Shown here: in pieces, positions 39,674-52,900 of the stretch
Numbering within the stretch: the first letter of the stretch is position 1
How the letters are laid out: every line of letters begins with the position of its first letter
NCBI GenBank assembly: GCA_963924565.1
Contig: OZ004610.1
Coordinates: 248,001-312,000, forward strand
DNA length: 64,000 nucleotides
Origin: Ascidiella aspersa
Lineage: Eukaryota
Direction of reading: 5' to 3'
Translations under genes and position numbers: made by a program
Notes under the pieces: model-generated
Databases searched by the model: none
Told to the model about the DNA's origin: nothing
What the model saw: the letters and a program-made list of their open reading frames with translations, nothing else

Positions 39674-40948
39674 ATCTACAACAAGTAACCTTTGGAAACC
39701 TTAGATTATGGTTAGATTTAGAGTGGACAATCAAGGAGATACTGGGATGGTTTGGTGAAAAGGCACAGTTTTACCAGTACGGCTTACCTGCTTACTTTCA
39801 CCACTGCGTTTAATATAACGCTTTACCAAAGCATCTGAAAAACAAGATCTCCTTTCGTGAGTGGTTTAACCTTGGTTCGAACACAAACACCCAGAGTCAA
39901 GTTTGGTTGAATTTTATTGCAAAGAAGCAAAATAAGCGCGTTGCATCGAATCCGTGGCGGGCTCCCCCCACAAAGCCAGACATAATGGGAAAAGTGACGT
40001 CACAATAAGAAAAACAATAAATAAAACGCCGGAATATGGTAGTGAGCGTAGCTGATCGTTTTTAAGTCCAGGATTACCTTTGTCTAACTTTTTTGTTATT
40101 TTGTCAAAATTGACTTTGTCTCCTAAAAAAAATTAGGTTTTGGCTTTTTGATAATTTCTAGTTACGCGTCAAAAACCTAAATTCTGTGAAAAAATTATGC
40201 GATTTGTCGAAGAAAAGGCTTTACTAAAAATTAATTTTTAAAACTTATATTACAACCGAGTTTGATTTTAATATTGCACGAAGTTTGATGCTAACCCATC
40301 AAGTGTTAACAGCGCCGCAAGTGGATGCTTCCGTTTCTTTAACACCTCCACTATATGGCGGAAAAGAGTGTAAGGAAAACATCTTAATAGTTACAACATT
40401 TACGATTTTGAATTTCAGTTTGTAAAAATTTTGCTAAAATATAAGAATTGATTTTGCTGTTGACGTATAAATAGTTGCTTTAAAGAGCAGTAAGTTTTTC
40501 AACTGAAGTTGAGTCACAGCAGTAAAGTTAAACCAGTGATACCTTAAATATGTGATAATTAAGGATACAGGTTTAACATAGAACGAACATGAATTGAAAC
40601 GTGGCACCTTTTAAACATTCCAAGGTGTTATCGATTAATGTTACAGTGTATATGCGCATATAGTTGATAAAAAAGATTCAAAATTGTTATTTTACAGCGT
40701 TCAATTATAATTCAAATAAAGCCTTTCTCGCGTTGAAAGGCATTATGACGTCAACATAATTCAGATAAAATGTAACAAACGAATCTAGAACAAAATCTAA
40801 CGAAACAAATAATTTTGCCAAGAATTTCAAAAAATTGGCGGAAATATAATTTTCAGTCGAATTTGCGAAAAAAATCGAACTGATATGACCGCAAGGTGTC
40901 GCACCCGCTACATCAGGCAATCGATGACGTCACTACACCGGTGTGACG

Positions 40949-43900
40949 TCATACAAGCGTACCAGCCTGGCTGTCGTTGGTGTCCGTCCACAAGAGGTCC
41001 TCAGCGGACGCGGAAAACTGTCGCGTGTCGCGCTGTGTTGTGTCGCGAGGCCTCGTGTCGCGATGTCGCGTGTCGCGGGGGTACCTGGCGCCGGGCTTGG
41101 AACCGGCGATTGTTTGGTAGTTGGGGGGTTGCTGGTGGTATTCCATGTTGTAGCGGGGGTGTGGCACCTCCACAAAAGGGGCGTGGCTCAAATGCTGCTG
41201 ATTGTCAGCGGACAATCGAAATGCTTCCGACTTTGATCTGCGAGAATTTAAAAGTAAACAAAATGCTTTTAAAGCTTTATGCGAGTTTGAATGCAGGTTT
41301 TGTTTTACTGGAGTTTGGAAAGGCGCTTAAGTTCCTTGGTAAGTTCATTTTTACAACAACAAACTATATGTTAAGGCGAATAAACTATCATCTACTGGTG
41401 TATTTGATTTAAAACAGACAACAAAGTTGTTTTAACATAAGGTATTGAAGGCAAAAGCTTTCGTATTAACATTCATTAAAATAAAAAAGTGAGTATTTGT
41501 AAAAACATAATATTTGTTTTCCAGAACTAATTGTAAAGCAATTGGACATTTTAATCGAAATAAAGTAACTTTTTTAAATCAACTTTTAAAACAAATACAA
41601 GCAAACCTATCTTTAAATGTTTAACGCATGTTAGTTGCAACAATATATTATGATGTTTCTACAATGCAGTAGTTTAGAACAAGCAAAGCCGTGCGAATCG
41701 ACAAAAACAAACATTCAATGAACAAACATGATTTCACTCACATGAATTACGGAATTTAATGAGACTTTGTGAGCCAATATGAAACTATTTTTATTGAGGT
41801 TTTTACAAGATGTTTAGAATGTTGTATTTAGATGTTTTTAATACAGTTAGTTTTTTTAATCCAACAAATACGTTAAATCGGACAAAACATGGCTTCCATT
41901 CATTAAACATTTGTGACAACCAGTCGATCATGCTTGTCAACTTTAGCGCACAGTAACAAGCATGGCACGTTGTATACCATTTGCTTGTCTTCGTCCCAGC
42001 GCAGCTTTAGACGTAAAAGTGGATTTAAGGGTTGTTGATAATAGTGTGATGAATAAAGGGCCCGTTTATGTTTAAAATAAGTACAACAAATAAAATCCAG
42101 TTAAAAAATATCAACTTGAAACAAACATCAAAAAGTTAAACCAAGTGAAACATCAAGAAATATTTGATGTTCCTGTATAAAGTCGGCGAAGAATAAATAT
42201 ATGGTAAAAAGACACCACAGAAAATTGACACGACATGGAATGGACAATAATGGAGATTTAAAATCTTTTCGGAGCGAAAATGTTTAGTTCCAAGTTACAG
42301 ACGCATGTTGGAACCCCTTAAATAGCTAAAATATTGAGGTATTAGGAACCAGTTTAACGCTTTATACATATTTATATAATTATTTTATTTGTTTTTCTTA
42401 TTTGTTAGGTTTGAAGCAATTACCTCGGTGGCATCGTTAAGTGTTTCATTTTGAATAGTTTAATTTAAAAAAGCAAGAGACAAAGAAAGTTTGTTATGAA
42501 AGGGTGAATAGAAAGGAAATATGCTGAGTAAGATTCAAAGCAAGAAGAAAATAACTTGCCATTCAAATGCCAGAACTAGAAATAAGCGATAAAAAAATCA
42601 ATACTTTATAAATTTTGAGGGGTCACCATTTGGCGGGTTCTTATATATATTTGTTAACAGCCAAAGGAAATGTGTTTAGTAAAATAAACCAATTTTCTGA
42701 GTAACAAAGATAAAAGTGCTGAGCAAGGGTCAGTAGAAAGCAAAAAAATGCTGAGTAGTAAAACATTTAGCCACGAAAGGTGATTTCTGCTGAGTAAAGG
42801 TTCATGCCGGGGTCACCAGTGTTGCCAGGCAACAAGGGAGGTACCTGTGGTGAGCGGATAGGCTGGGCGAAAGGAATCCCCTGGAACGTTGGGTGAATGG
42901 GTTCTTCTGGGGGGTTCCAGTGGGGGTGGTTGGAGCCGAAGCAGGGTTTTGCTCGTACAAGTAATGCTCGATCAGCGAGTTTCTGGGGAATACCCTTAGT
43001 TGAGAACCACTGCTTTAAGTGCTTGAGGCAAAACCGAATTTTTATTCAGCGAAAGTTGCTTCCCCACAACACGCGTTGTTGGGCGTATGGAGAAGTTGCA
43101 TGTATAATTGTATACACATGGTATCCACGCACACGCCTGGCAACAGAGCTTTTAATTTAAACAGCCGCACCGCAATATGCAACACTGGTTCCAACCTTTT
43201 TGTTTTTGCGGACCCCTTTTCAGTTTTCAAAATCTTTCGCCAATTTTGCTGATGGATGTTTTAGATTTGTTTAATAAAAATATCGTCTGATTCGAAACAA
43301 GAATCTTTTTTTACATTTTATTGTCATTTGGAGATTCCTTACATTCGAAAATGCTTTCGAATAACTGGTATTGTGACGTAATATACGAGCGCTAGAACGA
43401 CTTGTGACGTCACGCTGTGAAACACAGCCATTGTTTACGTCACATATATATTTTGGGAAAATACATTAAAAGATTTGCCTAAAAACCAACACAATATTTA
43501 ATTTAACTAAAAAAGAAAATATATTTGTTAAACAATGTTTTAATTCCTTTTGTGATTCTCCAACATTATCAACTTCAACATTATTTTTAAGAAAGTGTTT
43601 TTATAATTTTTTGTTATTCAAGGATTTGTTAAATCTGCTTTTCCCTGCACGATGACGTCACCACATGCACGGTTACCATGGTTACCTGCGCGACTTGCGA
43701 GCGGCAGCGACATCTAGTGTGAGACGCGCTCTCGCGGGGGAATTCCCCAAAGCAGGAGCGGGTGCCAACTTGCGCCTGGACGCCCTGGGTAAAGTCCCCG
43801 ACGTGAAACCCGGGGATTCACCGAAAGTGGGGGAATCGAATCTTCGAGAAGGGGAATTCCCGAGGTTGGGTGAAGGGGATTTCCCCATTGTAGGTGAGTC

Positions 43901-46900
43901 GGCGAACCTTTGAGAGAAAGGGTCGACCATCTTGGGTGAAGGGGAATTCCCGAATGTAGGGGTTTGCGAGTCACGTGACTTGCGAGGGAAACTCCCTGAT
44001 TTTGGCGACGGGGATTTCCTCAAGGTGGGAGAGTCCCTGAGTATCGATGTTGGGGATTTCCGAACCTTAAGCTTCAGGTTCGGCGACAAGTTGCTCGATT
44101 TAGGTTTGTTCCTCCCCAAAGTGTTGCTGTGTGACGTCACAGTGGGTGGGGAGGGTGACTGGCGGGCTCTGACGTCACGCCTCCCCAGAGTTGCGGCTTT
44201 TGCTTCTTTCCTCGATTTACTCGCTGCTCGCTTCACTCTGGGTGGAGGCATCGGTGTTACGTCATCACTTCGTGACGTAGTGCGACCTCGTGATCGCCGG
44301 CAATCAGTGACGTCTCCATGGTCGATTGTGACGAATGGAACAAGGGAGGGTTTGATGCGGCTCTTGAAGCTCGGGGTGTGAACAATCACAGGGTTTGTGA
44401 CGTCATTGTGATGACGTGACGCGCTGAGCAGGTCGTCGGCGCTCTGATGACGGTGCCCTGACGTCAAATTCTTGCTAGTGATGACGTCATCTTTCGCAGG
44501 GGAAGTCCCGAAGAACGAGCTGCCTTCCGCTAGGGGGGGATCGAGGGGAGTGTTGGGGGCGCTTTTGGTGACCTTGAAGGCGCTGACCGTGTGACCTTCA
44601 GGACTCTGGGTGAGTTGCTGGAGAACCACCGTGTTAGGGGAACTCCCCTCCGTCCCAACGAAGTCGCTCGATCTGGGGAAGGTCGATTGTTACGTCACTA
44701 TATCGTGCTTTGTCACCAGGAAGTTGTAGATTCGTGCTAAAGATTGAAACCTCGAGAAACATGCAAAGCACAGGAAGCTTTGGGAAGAAAGTTGTGTTAT
44801 TTGGAATCCATGCTGAGGTTTGGAGAAAGATTTCACCTGAACATTCTGGAGCTGCATTCGACCTTTTGTTATTTGAAGGTCACATATTTGTCAGTTGTTA
44901 GTATTCAGTGTAGGATCATGCTTTTGTTCTTCTTGTGTATGTTTTTTGTTAATAGTTTCGATTTATTATTATTGTTTAATTCTTCCAGAAGATTTGTGTT
45001 TAGTTGTTTTAGTTACGTTGGTTAGAATTGCATTGATGTTATCATCAACATGCTCAAGTAGTAAAGGTTAATAAAACTTGTTAATCACAAGAGCTTCGAA
45101 AATATTATGAAGAATAAAAGCCACCAAAGATAATAGTTATTATGATTGCAATTATCAACAAAAATCTCAAAGCAAGGATGAATTTGTCAATAAATAAACA
45201 AATAAACATAATTCAACAAAACTGGAAAATCTTGTTTGTTGAATTAAATGAAACTCACACAAAACTGTCAAAAAAGTGCAAACAACCACCAAAGACCCAA
45301 AAGAACATAAAAAAGTCAAAAAACCCAACTTACCCAGGGTCAGGGTTAAGGGGCGTCCCCCCGTTGCTAGGCAACAGCCTCGCGTCATCTGAATTCCATC
45401 GTTGTGGCGCCGCTAGCCTCGGAGCAGTCTGGGTCGTCTGCTTGGCGGGAACTGAGGATTCAAAATAGTCACGTGACGGTGGCGCGGTGCACTGTGGGTG
45501 GTGCAAGTAATGCTGGAGCAGAATTCGTCGTTTCGCGTCCGGAACAACCGGAATGGCGGGAGTAACAATGGATTGGTGGTTGCCATAGTGACCGATGGTG
45601 CTATACGGGCGATATGCTGCCTCCAGTGGTGGTTGTTGTTGTTGTGTTACTATGGCGACACAATTAGTTTGTTGTTAGGGAGGGTTAGTCGTGCGCGGCG
45701 AACCGTGACGGTTATGGTCATGCGATGAAAATAAATTTGTAAAACAACAAAAGTTTAAATTTTAAATATTTCTGTCTTAGTGGTTTATTACTATATAATA
45801 ATAATGATCATGCGATGAGTTAATGAAATCGCATTTTATGAAAAAACAAATTACATTAAAACTTTAATGTATAGTTTAGGTACAATATGAATTAAATGAA
45901 AATTCGCACAATCTGTAATGTAGCTTGAAAATGAAAAGCCAAAAAGGTCGAGCAGATCGACATCACCTTGATTAAGACGTTTCGATACGAACTTGTATAA
46001 ATTAATTGTTGATAGAATCTTTATCTTTATCAAGATCATGTCGATTTACTCGACCTTTTTGCCTTTGACATTCATTATATCAATGTATAGTTTGGTTCAA
46101 TAATAATACTAATGATCATCATGCGACGAATTTAACATATTCAAAGTAAAGTTACAAATAGCAAGATAATAAGTTTGTTAAAATCATGAGCGATGATGTG
46201 AAACAATTCAAACATGCAATGATAACGTTATTCACATGACAAGAGCTATGGTGGTTATTTCGTGGTTGCTATTAATAATAAACTAAGTGGGAAATAAACA
46301 TATGATTTGAACCCGCTAAAATGTGGCCTGGGTGTGGTTTATTTCAACTCCTTTGCATAACTTGGCATTGTAACCAAATGCACCAAAATCTAATAGGGAT
46401 TAAGAGCAAAAAAACAGGGGTTCTAAACCTAAAGAGGGTAATTTGGCAAATATTTTGGTATATTTTTGACAATATAAGACTTTGAAATAGTCTTTCCTTT
46501 CCGCACTTCGATTTGAATGAATAGTTGAATTAGTGTTGCTGATCCCAGGTTACAATTATACTTTAAAAACGAGGTTAATTGAAATCTGACAAGTTTTTTT
46601 CGAAATGTAATGCTAAAAGGTTAAGAACCTCTGGTACACAACTGCCCATTGTAAGAAGTGGGCCTCTTATGTCGAGTAAAACTTGTTTAACAAACCTGAT
46701 CTTTGATGTTGAAGCTTCGGTTGCTTCTGGGTCTGGTAAAGCAGGAAGGGCGCGTTGTTGGTTGTGGGCTGGAGGGGGCCAGGGGTCGTTGGGGGGTTCG
46801 GGGGGAGGGGAGGGGGCTTGTGCTGGAATATACTGGCTCGTGATGACGTGGAGTCGGAGTGGTGCAACCTGGGGTGGAAAAAGTGGGTTTTGGGTGGGTT

Positions 46901-49900
46901 TAGCTTAACTGGAAGCCCTGATTGCATTCCTGTACCTTCCCGCTAAATATCTTTGAGGTATAATACCTACCTACACTGACACCAGTGACGTCATTTAGAG
47001 TGGATTAGTGAATAAACATGAAAAATAACAGTTTTATGTATCGTAAATTTTTTTAGTTAATCTTTGGCCACAAATTATGGAATGCAATCGGTTTGGTATC
47101 AAGTTTAAGAACCAACATAAAAAGGTAATTACATTCACATTTTCGTACTTTGTTGAAGTATGCTCTAATGTTTGATAAAGACGCACGAAATGCAAAAAAC
47201 TTCAACGTCTAAAACCGGCTTTAGCGCAATAAGGTTAATATTTAACGTTTTCACTGAAAATAATTTTTTAGTTTTATCTTAAAAAATATCACTTACGGGT
47301 TTGCACCGTGTGGTGATTTCCCCGATGTGAGAAGTTGCTTCTGGTATTCGGCCCAGGTTTGACCCGAACCTGAACTCTGGGGGAAAACACGTAAAATAGA
47401 CGAAGAACATAAGTTGTGTGAGATAAATGAAAACACAACAGTTTTAAACCAAGATATACAATAAAAATTTAAAACAGTGTATTGTTCAAAATTTGTTGTT
47501 AATTCCTTCTTATTTACAAAAGTTGAGTTACGGTGTAGGTATTAAATACAAATTTTCAATAACAAATAGTTTAATATTTTTTTAACAAAGTTCGGGGCAT
47601 TGGGGTTAAGAAATTGTGAAAAAAGAATTTCCCAATGCCATATTTAACTTTCAAAACAAGATATACAATAAAAAACGTTATTATTTCCAATTTGTTGTTT
47701 TTTGAATGATTGATTGTGACGTCACATACCTTGCTCGTTGTCTCCCCCTGGTGGGAGCCGGTCACGGATGGTCGCTTCTTGTCAGCGATGTGAGATTGGA
47801 GGAGCCGGCGGATGTCCTGCGATAATTGGGAGGTTTGGGAATTAAATCAGTTGCAAATTCATGTTTCTCATATTCCCCACAGCTAACATCTATTGAACAG
47901 CCTTTAAAGCAGCGGTTCTTAACCGGGGGGGGCGCCAAGGAATTCTAAGGGGGGTGCGAGCTCGACTTCAATATTTTAACTTTTTGCAGTGATTTTAATG
48001 GTTTCGTTTGGGTTAGGCATAATTCCTACATACAAACTCTGTTTTTTGACAAATTTAACATTAAAACTGCAAAAATTTTTCTAATTCCTTTTAGAAAATC
48101 CACGGTATCACCGCCCTATTAAATTAACTTATAGATAAACGATAAAAGCTATCGCCCTTTCGGCTATTTTTCATCCATATTTATATATGATAACAGGCTA
48201 TAGCAACAGGGGGAGTCGAACTTTTTTGAGCGAAACTATATTGTTTTTGTAATATTGCCGTTGTATTGTGTGTCGTTACATCTTTTGAAACACGATAACG
48301 CTTTAATATTTGCGCTTGACCTTTTTTGCGCTGGACATCATAACTCTTACAACTGTGGAGTCAATGCCCTCGCAACACGTTTGTCAAAACCAGCTCGATA
48401 AAATCAATGTGTCGAGCTCGTGCAATTTGTTGTGTGCTCAATGCGAAACGCCTCTTCGGTTGCAGTTTAGCCAATTCGACCAAATAAAACTCAAAATTGT
48501 TCGCGCTTCGCACGACCAACGACACCCTTCACTATATTCCTGTTTTCTCAATAATATTTAATCGCAAAATGTCGAAATATTTTCATAGGGGGGCGCAAGG
48601 CATGAGAAAATTACCAAAGGGGGGCGCGGCTGAAAAAAGGTTATGAACCACTGCTTTAAAGGATATCGCACAATTTGTTTGAATTTAATTCGAAATATGG
48701 CGGCCTTTTCTTATCTTGACAAAAAATCATATACTGAGAATAATTTTGTATTTATGAGTATAGCATTTTGATACTTGCTGTGTCTATTTCATTAATTGAA
48801 CAAAAATAAAAAAGTGGAAAAACTTGTAAATTGGCCAAGTGTTTGGTTAAAGATTCTAATTCAGATCTAAATTAAAAAAGTAAAAGTAATTTAACTCAGT
48901 TAAATGTTATATTATAAGTTTTTGATAAAATCTCAATGCAAAAATGTGACAAACACACATTTCCTTCTAAACAAACAAGAAGTTGAAAAGCACGCCAGAA
49001 ACGATTTATTTACCTCTTTCTTGTCGACAGCGCTCGCACTTTCAGCTACACTCGCTCTACTGCTGTACTCAAGCAGGGAAGGAACCCAGCCCATCCCGAT
49101 GTCGCTGTACACCTCGTTGTTGAGCTGGTCGCGCTGGGAACTGCTCATCTCGGTCGGATGCTATAAGGGATGAATAAGAGGGAATACGAGGGTGAATAAC
49201 GGGTTAGTTGTGTCATTAAACTGTGGTAAAGGGAATGTTTAACAATTTAAAAGGGGGGCGACTATGCAGTATGCACGGATCTGTAATGTTACTTACTAAT
49301 GAATTTTAAAAGGTCGACTCTACCTTTTTGGTTTCAAAATTCATTTTAGTAAGTTAAAAGGGGTAATTCGAATATTTTTTAGGTAATTTTAAAATGATAG
49401 AAGATGCTTTCTTTAAACGTAAAAAGCAAATAGTTTTGTTCAGCCTAGTCTAACTTTTTTGATTTTATTGCAATTTTTAGACCATTTTGGATTTTCCCAA
49501 GGGCTTTAACAGCAAAGGCACAGGAAATAAATTCTCGATTTTTTTTATATTTTGGTTTTGTCAGCGGAGCAGTGATAGATAAGCAAAAACCTGCAGCCAA
49601 TGGTTCGAGATTCCATAAAGATGCACCCTTTTATATATTCCACTTATCAAGTTAACCATCTAATGTAAAAAATCAGCAAGCATCCAATAAACACAATCAG
49701 TAGATACTAAACTAAAACATTCCCCATAAACCCACCGATTCATCGAAATACACCGGCTGGTTGTTCTGCATTTGGGGGATGTACCCTGGCGGGAAACCCC
49801 CTTGCCTCGCGTAGGGGTTTTCCCTGTAGTAGGGGGGCGGGGGGTAATAGGGGCCAGAGTTCTGCCTGGAAAGGGGCCGAACCATTGGGGCGTGACCGTG

Positions 49901-52900
49901 AGCGTGGCTCCACTGGGGCGGAACGGGCGTTGCCATGGAGATATGGCCCGAACTCCTGGTTAAATATTGCATCCTTATGTTGAGGTTGGTGTCAAATATT
50001 ATGGGCGGGGGGTTCCCCGAAGCCGAGGGAACGTTGTACGAGTTGTGGTCCTGGGGATTCCCCTTCTGGCCGCGGTGTGATTCTGGCGCCCCCTGGTGGT
50101 TGCGGGACGACTCGGTGAAACTGGAGCTCCTCTTGCGGAATCTGTGAGCGAATAATGGGCGATTGTTGGGTGATAAACGTTCAGTAGGGATGCTGGTTGA
50201 GTGAAGTTTTGTGTAGATTTTAAATTGATATTTAATCACTGATGAGTGTAGGTGTGAGCAAATGAACAAATGGGCACTTCCGTAGGTTATTTACACGGCT
50301 AACATAGATTTTAAATGGATTAGAAATAAATCGTGGAAATAAAGTACAACTCTGGGAATTAAGTTTAATGTCACCACAACCCAATTTATGTATAATCACT
50401 AATGGGTGTATGTGTACCACAGCACCTGTCAGATTGCAGCGATGTTTCGTCGATCTTCGGAAGCTTCGATGAAGATTCTGCTTTTCTCTTCGCTTCAGGG
50501 TCGGCTCGTGATTGGCTGTTGGTTGCCAGGACAACGGGAGTGCTCTTGGTGGAAAGCTCGGAGAGAGCGCTGTCGCTCATCTGGAGAAGAGTGGGAGCAT
50601 TAGAAGCGTTAGGAGGGAATTTTTGTTTACATTGTTGAACTTATAAACCTTCTAATTGTCTTTGAGAGGACTGTACGCAATAATGTAAGAACAAAAATCT
50701 AGCTATAAGCAATTTACTTGGGTCCAATGATCGCACTTGCTCACAAAATTCGTCGCAACGGTAAATTTATCCTCGGTTTGGAAGCTTTAATCTATAGCGG
50801 GACTGAGTAAGAATACGCAAAACTACCAGGGTCCCGCGTCCGACCTGCGCAATTACAAGTTGATGGCCGCAAACTGGAAATTGTACAGGTGGAATAGCAT
50901 ATGGTGGAATATTTTCCAACTATGTGTTGTGAGTGAATGAATTATACGACACCCCTTTAAGTGGATTGCTGAATATCCGCGTTATTTTAGTTACGTGAAT
51001 TGGCAAAATACAAGTGTAAAGTCTGAGTCGGGACTCGGGACTCGACGAAATCGCACATTTGACCGGAGTCGGACTCGGGTTTATTTAACCGACTTCGCAG
51101 CTCTGATTAATAACTTTGTATTTCACGGCAAAAAACTGTTAACACAAGCAGCTTACATTAAAGCTGTTTAATCAATCCGAAAAAAAGAAAGAAATCTTTT
51201 CCCACCTCTCTAGTCAGCTTCCTCATGTTGAAATTATCGCTGAGATTTTCCTGCGAAGCTGAAACTCGCGCGTTGTGATTGTTCTGGTTGCTATTGGCGC
51301 TTAGCCTCCCATCAGCCTCACGCACACGTAGCCTCGAAGCAGTCGCAAGGTCAGGTTCAATGTCAACTCGCTGGGGTCGCGAGGGGTCAAGGGGCTGGGT
51401 CAGCTTTATCTGTAACAAAGGGGCATTGTTTGAACGTTCCAACACAACAATACCAATTATTGACGTCATAATGGCTGAAAGCTGCAAGTTTTTTTTAGCC
51501 AGGCAGAAATAGTAAGCATTGATAAATCCTTGCTCTTAATGAAATTTATAAAATTCGCCAAAAACCTATTGTTTCCACTTTGTTGAGGTTTATAAAATAA
51601 ATCTAAATTTTTGGGTCAAACCTAAAAATGTTTTCGAAAAATCCAGGTGTTTTTGTGTTTTTTATATTTTGTAAATTTTAATTTATAATAAAAAATAATA
51701 ATTACTCAAAACGTTCACACATTTTCAGCTATAATTTCTTGGTCTTGCAAAAACAAATCATTTTACTTGAAATTCAAAGTTTTTTTCACTGAATTTAATT
51801 TATTTCCCACCTTGCTGTAACTGTGTGTGGGGGAAACCCCTCCGTTCCGGTCGGGCGACCTGGGTTCCTCGCTTAATCTGCTCGTCGTTGAACTTGTTTC
51901 GATGCTGTCGAGTGAAGACTCGTGCCAACCCTGCTTCGAACGCGACCTGGGGGTAGGGCAGGGGTTAAATTTTGAAGTATCAAGAGGGAGTTTTCGTATT
52001 TAACGAAATACACGTTTTTGTTACGGTATGCAATTTGTCATTCACTACAACTTCATATTTTATTTTCATGAAAATATAGCGAAGAAATATATAGGCGGCA
52101 AAGCTTTAAATTCGAATAGTTTATACTTATACTCATTGTTTCTTGAGGGGGAGATTTTAAATAGTGGTTAAAAGGTCCGGGGGGTTAAAAAGGGTGAAAA
52201 AGCCAACAGAAAATATAACTTCACAATAATATATTACATTTGCGTTTCCAAAACTCAGAATAACCCGAATTGCTCGCATCCAAAAGGTTGGCAAGCAATG
52301 GTTTAAATGGAGGTAAAATATCAACTGAAGTGAGCAAATGTTAACCTTGGTGGATCCCATTTGACCGAGATCCAATTCCTGGAAGTATTTTGTTGGTTGT
52401 TTGTCGGATGAGCGGTCCGCCTTTTGTCCGGATTGCCGACTTTCCGATACAAGAACGATTTGTTGTCCTGGACCATCTGGTTGACCCGGTCAAATGATGG
52501 CGGCGGGGTCACTGACCTGGGGTTAAATGGAAAGGTCAGCTGGGGTTAGGGCAATATAATGAGTCAAGTTTAGGGTTTATTTCATAATGTAAGAAAATGA
52601 CCCAATTGTTAATAAATGATTGGTCACATGGATAAATACGTAATTTAATTAACTAATAATCTTTGAAATATGTTTTTTTCTTAAATAATAAAATTCAAAA
52701 TAACTAAACTTTCTTGCAAGGCACATTGTTTTAACAAACTTCATAATCCACGAATAAAAATATTGCAATGTAAGAATGACGTCATTAACTTTCTTGCTAT
52801 CTTGCTCGTGAAAAAAATATTTAGTTTCCGAATATATAACGTCATGACGTCACCCATTATAGAGTGACGCAATAGTGACGAGTTACCTCTGTATTGCAAG

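Noticed and set aside
40933-41175. Alternative frame as the last FRMD4 exon
   Set aside because: The phase of the 43686>41237 junction selects the frame ending GTLV* at 40949.
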